Positions 1 to 8,855 of a stretch of DNA of 64,000 bases are shown one piece after another (within the stretch, counting starts at the first letter, position 1; the number at the start of each line of letters is the position of its first letter). Below the pieces are notes generated by a model. That model searched no databases. It had not been told where the DNA came from and worked only from the letters and a program-made list of their open reading frames with translations. This DNA is from Klebsormidium nitens (lineage: Eukaryota; Plantae; Klebsormidiophyceae), in assembly GCA_000708835.1 (NCBI GenBank), contig DF237054.1:124001-188000 (forward strand), in the 5' to 3' direction. The translations under genes and the position numbers were made by a program.

Positions 1-2
1 CG

Positions 3-398
3 ATCCCGGGTGCTGGGAAGGGCCTGTTTGCTTGGAGTAAGCACGGTGGGAACGAGATCGTGTTTGTGCCGAACGAAACCATATGCTCGTATGATGGGGA
101 CGTCATCTCCCAGGCTGAGTTTGACAGACGCTATGGGCAAGACACGGGCCCTTATGTTGCAGGGGGGCAGGCTGGGCTACTCATTGACGGGGCATGCAAG
201 CGAGGTGCGGGGACAGTTGCAAATGGACGGCGGGGACACGTTGATTCGAACGCACGGTTTTCGAACAGCCATGCAGGAGGGGTGCAGAGGCTCACGATAA
301 AGGCGACCAAGAACATCCGGCACGGGCAGGAGATCATTGTACCGTATGGTGCAGACTACTGGCGGAAACACCGGGGTGTTGCGCGAACAACCCGTTAA
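3..398 (+). CDS. SET-domain protein lysine methyltransferase, viral/bacterial-type, 5'-partial
   Basis: Frame is open from base 3: IPGAGKGLFA (SET motif I) ... ETICSYDG ... IDG ... VANG ... NARF ... IKATKNIRHGQEIIVPYGADYW (RxIxxGEEIxxxYGxxYW motif). Stop TAA at 396-398. Confidence 0.88.
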   Translation: MPGAGKGLFAWSKHGGNEIVFVPNETICSYDGDVISQAEFDRRYGQDTGPYVAGGQAGLLIDGACKRGAGTVANGRRGHVDSNARFSNSHAGGVQRLTIKATKNIRHGQEIIVPYGADYWRKHRGVARTTR

Positions 399-400
399 TT

Positions 401-667
401 TTAGAAGATTGGTGCAATTTTCCGTTCCTCTTTGCTCCTCAGGAGGTTGTTCGCAAGATTGAAGAGGACAACTGCGATTGCCGCATATTGCACGTCTCCG
501 GCAGCCCAGTATGCAACAAAGCACTGGAACACGAGTCGGAACAGCGGCGGCTCGAAGAAGTGACGGAGCAGGCCTGCCGGCTCAGGGAATGATCGGGCCG
601 CCATGAGGAACATGAGAGCAACAAGCGCAGCAACCAGCTTGTGTTCGTCGAACGCGGTGAATGCCAT
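401..667 (-). CDS. Small hydrophobic membrane protein (88 aa), function unknown
   Basis: Clean ATG-to-stop ORF filling the gap between neighbours, with 2-3 hydrophobic segments (LVAALVALMFLMAA; LFRLVFQCFVAYWAA; YAAIAVVLFNLA). Confidence 0.65.
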   Translation of the reverse strand: MAFTAFDEHKLVAALVALMFLMAARSFPEPAGLLRHFFEPPLFRLVFQCFVAYWAAGDVQYAAIAVVLFNLANNLLRSKEERKIAPIF

Positions 668-698
668 GTATGCAATGAAGTGTGTGCAGGAAAAAGTT

Positions 699-1202
699 TC
701 AAACAGTGTTGATCACCTCACAGCAACAGTCCTCCACGTCCGCATAGTCGTCCTCTATTCTGGTGGGTAAACGGAGAGATTGTCCGTACGACAAGACATA
801 TAGCTCGACCTTGCGACCGATGGTCATTTCTCCTTCAATCTCCCTGAAGCCCTTGGTAGCCAGGACGGTGTGGCCGCAGCACTCCAACACCTTGAGCATC
901 TCTACAATCATCCTCCACGTGACATCTTGGGGTATCAGCCTGAGGCTGTCAAACGTCTGGGTGGAGTAGGGAGAGCGGAATGGGAGGTAGTCGACCTTGA
1001 ACATCCCCCTCCTGTCCGTCCAGTCAAAACGCCCGCAGCGGTACGTTAGGCCCTTGAGGCATCCTACATTGTTGCACCTTCTTGCAATGTCTTCTCGGGC
1101 AGCCTGCGACCACTGTGCACGGCGGGGGATGAAGTCGATGGCCACCCCTGCATCCGCAACATTCTCCATGGCTGCCGGACCGAATGCCCATCTGTCCCAC
1201 AC
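699..1202 (-). CDS. Hypothetical protein (167 aa)
   Basis: Uninterrupted ORF packed between neighbours on the same strand with globular-looking composition. No recognisable motif. Confidence 0.55.
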   Translation of the reverse strand: MWDRWAFGPAAMENVADAGVAIDFIPRRAQWSQAAREDIARRCNNVGCLKGLTYRCGRFDWTDRRGMFKVDYLPFRSPYSTQTFDSLRLIPQDVTWRMIVEMLKVLECCGHTVLATKGFREIEGEMTIGRKVELYVLSYGQSLRLPTRIEDDYADVEDCCCEVINTV

Positions 1203-1210
1203 GCGTCTTC

Positions 1211-2042
1211 TTAAGCCCCGCTGACGCTGTTGAAGAGGCGCACAAGGGACGAATTGTCAAGGACCGTCCCATCTTTGAAGAAAATCGTCGAGAAGGCTCG
1301 TTTCAGGGCCTTTGAGGGCATGCCTTCGTCGCCTGTTGAATTGGACAGCACGTACTTGCGGGGGAACAGGCGGAGGGAGTCTGCAATCTGGTTGTTGAGC
1401 GCACGCGGTACTAGCTCAAACCTTGTCTCTTCCCCCGTTTGCTTCTTGCAGGCCCTGTGAAAGGTGAACTTGTTGATGCACGTCTCAACAATGCTGTCCA
1501 CCAATCTGTCTGTGCGCGTTTCACCAAGCCGAACGACCTTCACATGACAAAGATCGGAATGTAACGGTTTGATGGCAGAGTAGAGGCTCAGCATAAGGCT
1601 CTGAAGTAAAAGGCCCTTCTCTAAGTCACTGAGGTTGCCGGCCCCTTTCGGATACAGCTTTTCTTTGATCTCCTTTGCAAGGCACTTTTTCATCCGCTCG
1701 ATCTCGGCTTTTCCAACCGCTGTCTTCATCACCTCCTGTTCTGTTTTTCTCTCTTCGGCAAGATCGTGGATGGCTTCAACAAACAATGCGTGATATCTCT
1801 GGAGCAGCCCCTCGTGTTGCCCTCTCTTCAAAAGCAGTAACAGGTATGAGGTAGAGCTTGCGAGATGCCGGCTTGTAGCCTGTCAGGGCTGTGGACACTG
1901 CGTCAACATCGCTGAGCCACACAAGGTTCTCCATATTTGGGCGTCCGCTTACCCGCTTGTGCAGACGCTGCAGCAGCGATAAGTACTGCGTGATGGTGCT
2001 TGTGCTCCTGCCTTCCCCTGCGAGCAGCTTGGTGATGTCCAT
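1211..2042 (-). pseudogene. Degenerate tyrosine-recombinase paralog (frameshifted, catalytic residues lost)
   Basis: ATG at 2042 gives MDITKLLAGEGRSTSTITQYLSLLQRLH...YKPASRKLYLIPV. A +1 frameshift near 1838 leads into LLLKRGQ...LSLYSAIKPLHSD...SLRLFPRKYVLSN...LVRLFNSVSGA*. It aligns with the neighbouring recombinase but has R->H at PLRND and lacks the MGHS..Y end. Confidence 0.8.
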
Positions 2043-2063
2043 GCTTCCTTTGACAATTGTTGT

Positions 2064-2073
2064 GATCATTTTC
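2064..2073 (-). promoter_or_regulatory. Candidate promoter motif GAAAATGATC upstream of recombinase paralog 1
   Basis: Same motif at a similar distance (~20 nt before ATG) as upstream of paralog 2. Loosely resembles the NCLDV early promoter AAAATTGA. Confidence 0.3.
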
Positions 2074-2094
2074 CGGGCACCACGTACGCTGCTT

Positions 2095-3038
2095 TCAGAC
2101 TCTTCTGTAAACCCGCTCTGCAATTTCGGCAGAGTGGCCCATACTTGCTGCGATTGCGTGCCTCTCTTTCAAGGTGACCTCGTCCTTGTACAGCTCGCTC
2201 AGGAAGATCTTTCTCAGCATCCACGACCTTGCGTGCTTCCCTTCCTTCTCAAAGATCTGCCCGAACGTCTTGCTCAGGTAGGCTGGAGACATGGGCTGGT
2301 CCCCGTTTGTCAGATTTGAGAGGAGGTATCTCCTCGGAAAGACTTTGAGGCTGTCCGACACAATCTTGTTGACGGATCTTGGGAACGGGGTGGTCCTGTC
2401 GCCGTACGCCTTGTGTGTCTTGTAATGGCGCAGGAGCATCGTGTAGGATCCAGGTGGGCCCTCTACGAGCACGTTCAGCTTCTGGTCTGCCTCTGACTGC
2501 ACCTGCCCGTGGGGTATGATCTTGACCTCTGCATAATCGTTGCGAAGCGGGTTCATCTTTGAGTAAAGGTTGAGTATTAGGTGGTGTGTGATGATCCGAC
2601 GGTCTTCGAGATCAATCTCCTCGAGCTTCTTTCCAACGATCTGTTTTCGTATGATCCTCTGAAGCTTGTCAATCTTGTTCTTGACGTCCTTGAGGGTGAT
2701 CCAGTTCTTCAATTCGCGCTCCGTCTTTGTCTGCTCGAGATTGTCCTTGCTCGCAATCTCCTTGATGCACTTTTCGAGCTCTTGAGAGTACTTGGAGTGC
2801 AGTTCGCCTTCGTTACAGCCTTTTAAGAGAACGACGATGGGACGATGTAAAACTTCCTGGACGCAGGCTTGTAGTGGCTGATTGAGCTCATAACCGAGTC
2901 CAAGTCTCTCAGCCAGTCAACGTCGTCAAACTGCTCCGATCCTGTCAGCATGCGGTGAAGGCGCTTGAGAATGGTAATGTATTGTGTCACTGTTGTGTTT
3001 GATCGCCTCTCGCCGGAAAGAAGGTTCCGGAGGTCCAT
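2095..3038 (-). pseudogene. Tyrosine recombinase/integrase (virophage/PLV-type), single frameshift; about 314 aa if repaired
   Basis: ATG at 3038 gives MDLRNLLSGERRSNTTVTQY...YKPASRKFYIVP. A -1 shift near 2838 leads into IVVLLKGCNEGELHSKY...ELKNWITL..., open to 2095. Catalytic-type motifs: NPLRNDY (R), HYKTHKAYG (K), WMLRKIF (R), SMGHS (H) and ERVY (Tyr nucleophile near the C-terminus). Confidence 0.85.
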
Positions 3039-3057
3039 CCGCCCTACTTCAAACGCA

Positions 3058-3067
3058 GATAATTTTC
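3058..3067 (-). promoter_or_regulatory. Candidate promoter motif GAAAATTATC upstream of recombinase paralog 2
   Basis: Matches the motif at 2064-2073 at 9/10 positions and lies at a similar distance from the ATG. Confidence 0.3.
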
Positions 3068-3134
3068 TAATATGGAGTGCATGCTATTGATTACTTCACA
3101 TTCTTCACGGTACGGTTCAGACACAGATGGGCAG

Positions 3135-3578
3135 ATGCGCAGGTGGTTTGTACCCCCTCCCTATGATGAAAACAACATCAACCAGATTTTGAAATACTTT
3201 TGAAAGTTCGTCTTTATCCGTGTATATGCGCACGCCCGTTATAATGTCATTGCTTTCTCGTTTGAAACACGTGAATGTATATCTCACAAGTGGCATGGAT
3301 GACTTTAGTGTGGAGTACGCCAGTTTCAACGAGGATGGCACTCGTATGACGGCAACAAGAGGAAGGAAGCTAAGGAGGCTGAAAACTTCCTGAAGCGAGT
3401 CACCCGCACTGCAGCACGGTGCAGAGAAACGGAGAGAATGCTGCAAGAGGTCCGGGCCATACTTCCTGCCTTTGACGCGAGACGGCTTGTTCTGCGGAAT
3501 AAATTGAATAGCAGCCTGAAGCAGCTGAAGACAAGAGGGATTGAGACCGCTCCTTACACGATGCCAGAGTTCGATTGA
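3135..3578 (+). pseudogene. Decayed ORF of unknown function (helical C-terminal half)
   Basis: A single frame from ATG 3135 to TGA 3576 has three internal stops (TGA, TGA, TAG; all compatible with C->T from CGA/CAG), then ~87 open codons (KRKEAKEAENFLKRVTR...YTMPEFD*). Confidence 0.35.
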
Positions 3579-3614
3579 ACGTGCCAGGAATGTACTAGTG
3601 GTCTTTCAGAAAGC

Positions 3615-4352
3615 ATGGCCTGTGCTATACTCTATGAAACACATGTGAAGTGGGTATGCATTTCGTGTGTCCCAGGTGGAGAGCGCATAGAAGCAAAAGC
3701 TGCACTGAGAGCCGTCCGGCAGAAGGTAGAGACGAGGATGAACAATCTTCATCAGACATTGGGGGAGCTTGGGGCTTTAGAACTGCAAGGTGGAGTGCAC
3801 ACGCTTATTAACATTGTGCGGATCCTGAAAAGCTCCGCAAGAACGCCCTCGGATGATGATGTTTCTGGGAGCAAAGGGACAGGCATCAGGGGCTCTGAAA
3901 AGTATAATGCATGGCAGCTGGCTCTGAGTGCAAGCCCCGAGTTCCCAGCTGACATCATAGGAGAGTGCTTGGTCTATCGATCCATGACTGTCATTGAGGG
4001 CAAGGCTATAGCTCAGCTGCACGCACGCGTGAAGGACATGCACAATCGGGTGTTCCGTGTAGATATTGACCTGTTGATAAAAGAGTCCGTTGTGGGAAGG
4101 AACAAAGCTATTCGTGGATGCTTCAAAGACGTACTTGTGGAAGTAATCACGCTCGAGGACCTCCAAAGAGGGTTGTGTTCAAGTTGCGGGGAAGCCTTGC
4201 TGTGGAGCAGGCTGATTGGCGGGAGAACCAACTTTCCAGAGTTGGATCGGTCAGATGTAAGAATAGCCACGTATGCTGACAACTTTTCTTGGATGTGCCA
4301 CTGTTGCAACACGACAAAAGGCTTACGGACAGACCTCTTTGTTTATGATTAA
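3615..4352 (+). CDS. Zn-finger/HNH (His-Me finger)-like endonuclease domain protein (245 aa)
   Basis: C-terminal CSSCG...ELDRSD...YADNFSWMCHCCNTTKG fits the CxxC...(S/E)LDRxD...Y..N...CxxCN..K pattern of phage and giant-virus HNH endonucleases. Confidence 0.7.
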   Translation: MACAILYETHVKWVCISCVPGGERIEAKAALRAVRQKVETRMNNLHQTLGELGALELQGGVHTLINIVRILKSSARTPSDDDVSGSKGTGIRGSEKYNAWQLALSASPEFPADIIGECLVYRSMTVIEGKAIAQLHARVKDMHNRVFRVDIDLLIKESVVGRNKAIRGCFKDVLVEVITLEDLQRGLCSSCGEALLWSRLIGGRTNFPELDRSDVRIATYADNFSWMCHCCNTTKGLRTDLFVYD

Positions 4353-5748
4353 GCACTCTTGGACACCATCACAACCGTGCAAGACTCAATTGCTAGAGGT
4401 GAGATTGACAGCGATCATGAGCAGGTTCTCAGCAAGCTGCAGGAGGAAATTGCTTGACAGGCAAGCCGACAAGGCATTCTGTCCAGAAGCGTCTATCATG
4501 CAAAGGAGGGTTTGAAGACGATGGTTTATGCGATCTCTTCTCTACTCATCGGCTTGCTCCCACCAGAAATAGTCATCAACCGGTGGCAGCAAAAAAAGAA
4601 GCTCTTCTTTCGTCCACATTTTTCTTTCTGATGCCTGCATCTGCAAGCATTTTGTTGACCCTTGTCTCCCAAGAGCTACTATCATCCCGCGTGCCAAAAA
4701 TCTGAAGCTTCTTGTCAAACTTTTCACGTACTTCCCAGGCTCTCCCTAGTCTTTGGCACGTACTGGCCTATCACCTCTTGTAGCACCAGATTCTGATTGG
4801 AACTGCACAAAGCACCACACAGAGCCCGAGTATTGTCAGTGCTAAAAGAGCACATACTGTGCAAGGCAACTCCTGCATCCCTGGCTGGAACGTATACTCC
4901 GCATCTGCTTGTTATGTTGGGCCACTTGGTGGCGTGATATCAACCCCGCAGTGTCTTTTGTCAGCAGAGCTCTGAAGGCCAAGGCAAGAGCAGTAACAAA
5001 CCTCTGGACAGCAAGAGCCTGTCGCAGCTCATGTACTTCTCTTCGAGGTCCTTGCGGGTCATTGCTGCTGGATCCATTGTGTTGTCGGCTAGGGAATCAA
5101 GGGTATTGAGCGACCTGCGCGAGATTGTAAGCTTTCACCGATGCGAATCAGACAACCTCAATCTGGCTGCATGTCTCAATCGTGGAAAAACAGGTGACCA
5201 GTTTTTCCGAAGACTAACCCACTCCCCGTCCGGTAGTACCAGTTACCCAGAGGCATCTCATGTCTCGCATCTCGTTATTACAAGGTGTGTGGTGTAGGGT
5301 TTTAAGAAACTGCGCTCGCACATGCGCGCGCTTCTCATCTTGACAGCGCTATGGAGACCAGACACAGCCCTCAATCGCCCATGGAGAGCCAAGTAATGCA
5401 GGCCATCCCAGTCAGTGCGCCTCATCCCAAGATTCAGGCAGCTGGTGGCTCGAATGCGCCGTTGACCGCCAGCGGCTGCTGCAATCCCTGACAACGATGG
5501 CAGCATGGATCCATGTGACTTGTCCTGATTTGACGAAGTCCTCGTTGTTCGCGAGCCAGCGCACGTCATATCCCCTCGTCCGCCCCATCATTTAGCTTCG
5601 CCCCTAAAACGTTGCCGTGATTGTTACGACGGACTGTACGGAGTTTGCACGTACAGAAGTTGCATTAAGCCGTCGATCGGCTTCAAGCAGTGTCACTTGG
5701 ACCCACCGGAGTTCAGGATTCGGGTGTCGGGTTTACTGTCGGGCGGCG

Positions 5749-5762
5749 CGGCCGTGTACATG
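5749..5762 (+). repeat. 14-bp direct repeat, copy 1 (CGGCCGTGTACATG)
   Basis: Identical to 6448-6461 and immediately followed by a T-rich tract. Confidence 0.75.
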
Positions 5763-6447
5763 TTTTTTGTTTTTGTTTTTTGCTTTACCCTGGGCCGGCT
5801 TAGGCTCCCGGTAGAGCAGGTAGGTGCAAACGAGCACGCCAACTTCGCTCGGGGATTTTAACCCCGACCACCTTCTCTGCGAGGTAAGTCGCAACCCCTC
5901 TCCCTAATTTTTGCGAGAGCTCGGTGGGGCACTGGAACTTTTAACTCCCATACGGTGCTTACACTAACGTTTGGAACTCCCAGTCACATTGGGTCCTTTT
6001 CTCGTCAAAATCCGTCGGAAAAGACCAGAAAAACCCTCGCATTTACATTGCCCAAACTTTCCCTTTGAAGGTTTCTCACGGTAATCTAAGACCGTCCGAT
6101 GGAGCGTTCATGAATGGGCCAAAGCAGGATATCGACGGCGTCGTATTGAGCACCTTCCGAAAGTCAAGGACCGGGACTTGAAAGGGAAAGGGACCCGGCG
6201 AACAGAAAAAAAATCCTGCCGATTTTCTTGTCACCGGAACGAAAGAGTCTTTTCAAAACTCACGTTCAAACCGACCGGAAAAGGCCGGAAAGGGAAAATT
6301 TTGGCTAGAGTAAACACCGTACCAGGAAAAAAAAGAAAACGGGAGCGGGAGCGGGAACTCTTCGGTCACCCATTCCAGTACACCTCGCGGATACCTTGTC
6401 GAGCGTTTGACCGCTCTCCCAGCGCGCTAGGTGACGCGTTGGTTTGC

Positions 6448-6461
6448 CGGCCGTGTACATG
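6448..6461 (+). repeat. 14-bp direct repeat, copy 2 (CGGCCGTGTACATG)
   Basis: Identical to 5749-5762. The two copies flank 685 bp of largely non-coding sequence. Confidence 0.75.
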
Positions 6462-6616
6462 CCAACAGGAGGGTCTTGCGGACGTGGAATCGACGGTGCC
6501 ATCGAGTTTCTGATAATGGACGGCTCACTCTGCGAATCAGGCCAAAGTCGAGCCCATCGATTTACAAACCAGGAGAAAGTGCCCATGGCACTGGCCCCAG
6601 AAATTGAATACGAGGA

Positions 6617-7012
6617 GTGGAGAATCAGGGAAACCATCTGATGCAGGCAACAAGTCGTTCATTTCAGGACGAAGGCAAAGCCAGCATGGAGGGATGTTGC
6701 GGATTCACCAAGGTCATGCAAGTCGACTCACCGGAAATCACGCCATTCTTGGAGAGCCATCTTCTGCCTTCAGAGCACCAATACGTTACAGTGGAGGATG
6801 TGATGCGGAGCTACATCCAGTACACGGGCAATGTCCGTGTAGCTTATGCTGACTTCTTAGCCGTGATGTTGGATGTGAAGGGGCCATACATTCTTCCCTA
6901 CAAGAGCCATCACTTGGTGATTGACTACATTTGTAGCCCTGCACCCCCCAAGCCCATCCAAGTGCTTGTTGACTTGTCACCTTGCGAAACTGTCAAAAGT
7001 GAGAAAACGTGA
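6617..7012 (+). CDS. Hypothetical protein with possible D5-primase/helicase C-terminal winged-helix-like segment
   Basis: ITPFLESHLLPSEHQYVTVEDVMRSYIQYTGNVRVAYADFLAVMLDVKG follows the P..F+.E.......V...++..Y..(W/Y).......F...+...G pattern of D5-type wHTH domains. Pattern recognition only. Confidence 0.35.
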   Translation: MENQGNHLMQATSRSFQDEGKASMEGCCGFTKVMQVDSPEITPFLESHLLPSEHQYVTVEDVMRSYIQYTGNVRVAYADFLAVMLDVKGPYILPYKSHHLVIDYICSPAPPKPIQVLVDLSPCETVKSEKT

Positions 7013-7019
7013 AGGGTGG

Positions 7020-7800
7020 TGTGTGATGAAGCCTGTGTTGGTACTTGGAGTTAGATTTCACAGTCTGGAGTTCCGAATTAGAGCAGAACCTCCCTTTTAT
7101 GTGGGAGACATGGCAAGCTTTGTGGAGCAGCTTCCAGTGACTCGAGCCCTGTACCCAATATTGACTAATCTAGGTAGCATGTACTGGCCTGGCCCAGTTT
7201 GACAGAAGTCATTTACGAATGCACAAAAGGATGAGCTAGTTGCCACAAGATTCAAGGGGTTAAAGGAAAGAACGGTTTCGCTGAACTTTAGTGGCAAGAT
7301 TGGTCAGCAGTTTGCAATGTTGAAGCAAAGAAAATTCTCATGTACCACTGGTATGGATGCAATAATATTCTCCTGTGGATTGGGGATAAGGAATACCTTT
7401 TCTCGGGTGTCGATGTAATGATCAGCAGGTAAGGTTGCATAGCTGATTGGATCTGGACGATACGTTTGCTCGAATACGGCCTTCATGGGCTCTGCCTGCC
7501 TTGTTTCACTTCCCTCCCAAGCGGGCATAGCTTTGGCTAGTCTAGTGGATGACTTGCGTCTCATGTCTTTTGCGCAAGTACTCCAGCATCCAGTTGTGTC
7601 ACCGTCTCTTTGGGGACTTCTACTCAGAGTGGCATTGACCATTGTGGAGGATCTAGAAAATGCTAGAAGTTGACTTGAAAGAGAAGGGCGACGTGCTCTG
7701 TCTTTTGGCTGCTCTCGACGTCGGCTAAGTGTTCGCTCAGCATTTCATGACAGGATCATGTGGAATATCTTCTGCCGTTCTTGTAGGCATTCAATTAGAT
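7020..7800 (-). pseudogene. Long decayed ORF of unknown function
   Basis: ORFs 7304-7642 and 7097-7297 are the same frame, which continues on both sides (LIECLQERQKIFHMILS*NAERTL...). The interruptions checked (near 7747, 7304 and 7097) are TGA, TGA and TAA, each compatible with C->T transitions. Confidence 0.5.
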
Positions 7801-8855
7801 TGCACTCTCGAATAATTGACCTTGACTAGAGGACTGGTGAAAGCAGCATATTCAAGGCGACTCACTTCAACCCACACCAATTGCACCATATCACGGGCAT
7901 TTGGAACGTGCTCTAGAATATTCTAAAAGAACTGGTTGGCTTTTGATGCTCGAATATTCAAAACTGCCTAAGACAGGCGTCTAGAATCTAGAGGATCTGA
8001 CAGAGACTTGTATTCGCCTTCGAGCATGTCGTGTTCATTCAAGTCGCCCTCGATAAAATTTTTGAAGAATGCTGGTTCTCGATTAGCCCAGTCGGAAGGA
8101 CACATGCTGGAGTATCATGTACTTGCGTGCAATTGCGTGTACGATATGCCTGTCTATTTCCACGGAACTTGTTGTTCGCGTTAACATGAGCTACAACTAC
8201 GTGAATGAGTGACACCTCTTGCAGCGGACTTGTCGAGACATGTGTTTTGCTTAATTGTGTGGCAATATTGCATTTTGATCGTCAAAGAGCCACGCGCCTG
8301 AAGAGGAGTTGTTGGAAGTATGGGGGTCCCACGCGGATGAAAGTGAGCGCCATCAAGAAGTTATATTAATTCCCTGTTGTGGATGCAAGCGATCCACCTC
8401 TTTAGATTTCATGAGCCAATGACAGTGCCACCACGACGAGCAGTGATTTGCTACATGAGCAAGATCATGTCCTGGAGCTTTCTAGTAAACACATAGGTGC
8501 CTTCTCTGGGGACAACATGGCATGCAACCCATTATTTTGAAATATTTGGGGCAGGGGCAGGAGAATAAACGAGTGTAATTCTGAACTATCCAAAGCATAT
8601 ACAAGAAGTACGCGTAGAGTTCACATCAGATAGAGAACATGAACGGGTATGTGAACGACGTATGCATGCATGCACGAGACATTTTCAAGTGGGGGTTTGC
8701 CGCACACACGTCGTCGTTTTGTACATAATGCTAAAGAACATCCAGAATGCTAGGATAGCAGCCCAGTTCAGAGTCTTCGTCCACGAGCAAGACCAAGCAT
8801 CCCCACGCTTTGCGCGGGATTAACAGGACCCTGTCTCTGTACAAACCAATAGGCC

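Larger units (their letters stand above)
1..5762. mobile_element. Endogenous virus-like/mobile segment (Polinton-like virus or NCLDV-derived fragment); left end outside window
   Basis: Intronless ORFs abut (398/401, 667/699, 1202/1211, 2042/2095), unlike the spliced host genes to the right. Cargo is a SET domain, two tyrosine recombinases of the virophage/PLV style (PLRNDY, YKT.K.YG, LRKIF, MGHS..Y) and an HNH-like nuclease. No capsid or packaging gene is visible, so the element class is inferred. Right boundary is tentative. Confidence 0.6.

Noticed and set aside
1822-1838. 16-nt GT..AG micro-intron that would repair the paralog-1 frameshift
   Set aside because: Far below spliceosomal intron size for green plants, and no equivalent repairs paralog 2.
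3117-3446. 109-aa minus-strand ORF
   Set aside because: Antisense to a better-supported decayed plus-strand frame (3135-3578).
4380-5600. Fragments of a minus-strand gene
   Set aside because: Needs several frameshifts and shows no motif; not supportable as a feature.
6360-6447. tRNA-like A box at the 5' end of the putative SINE
   Set aside because: Only a weak GAGCGGTC resemblance with no B box. No tRNA or rRNA gene was recognised anywhere in the window.
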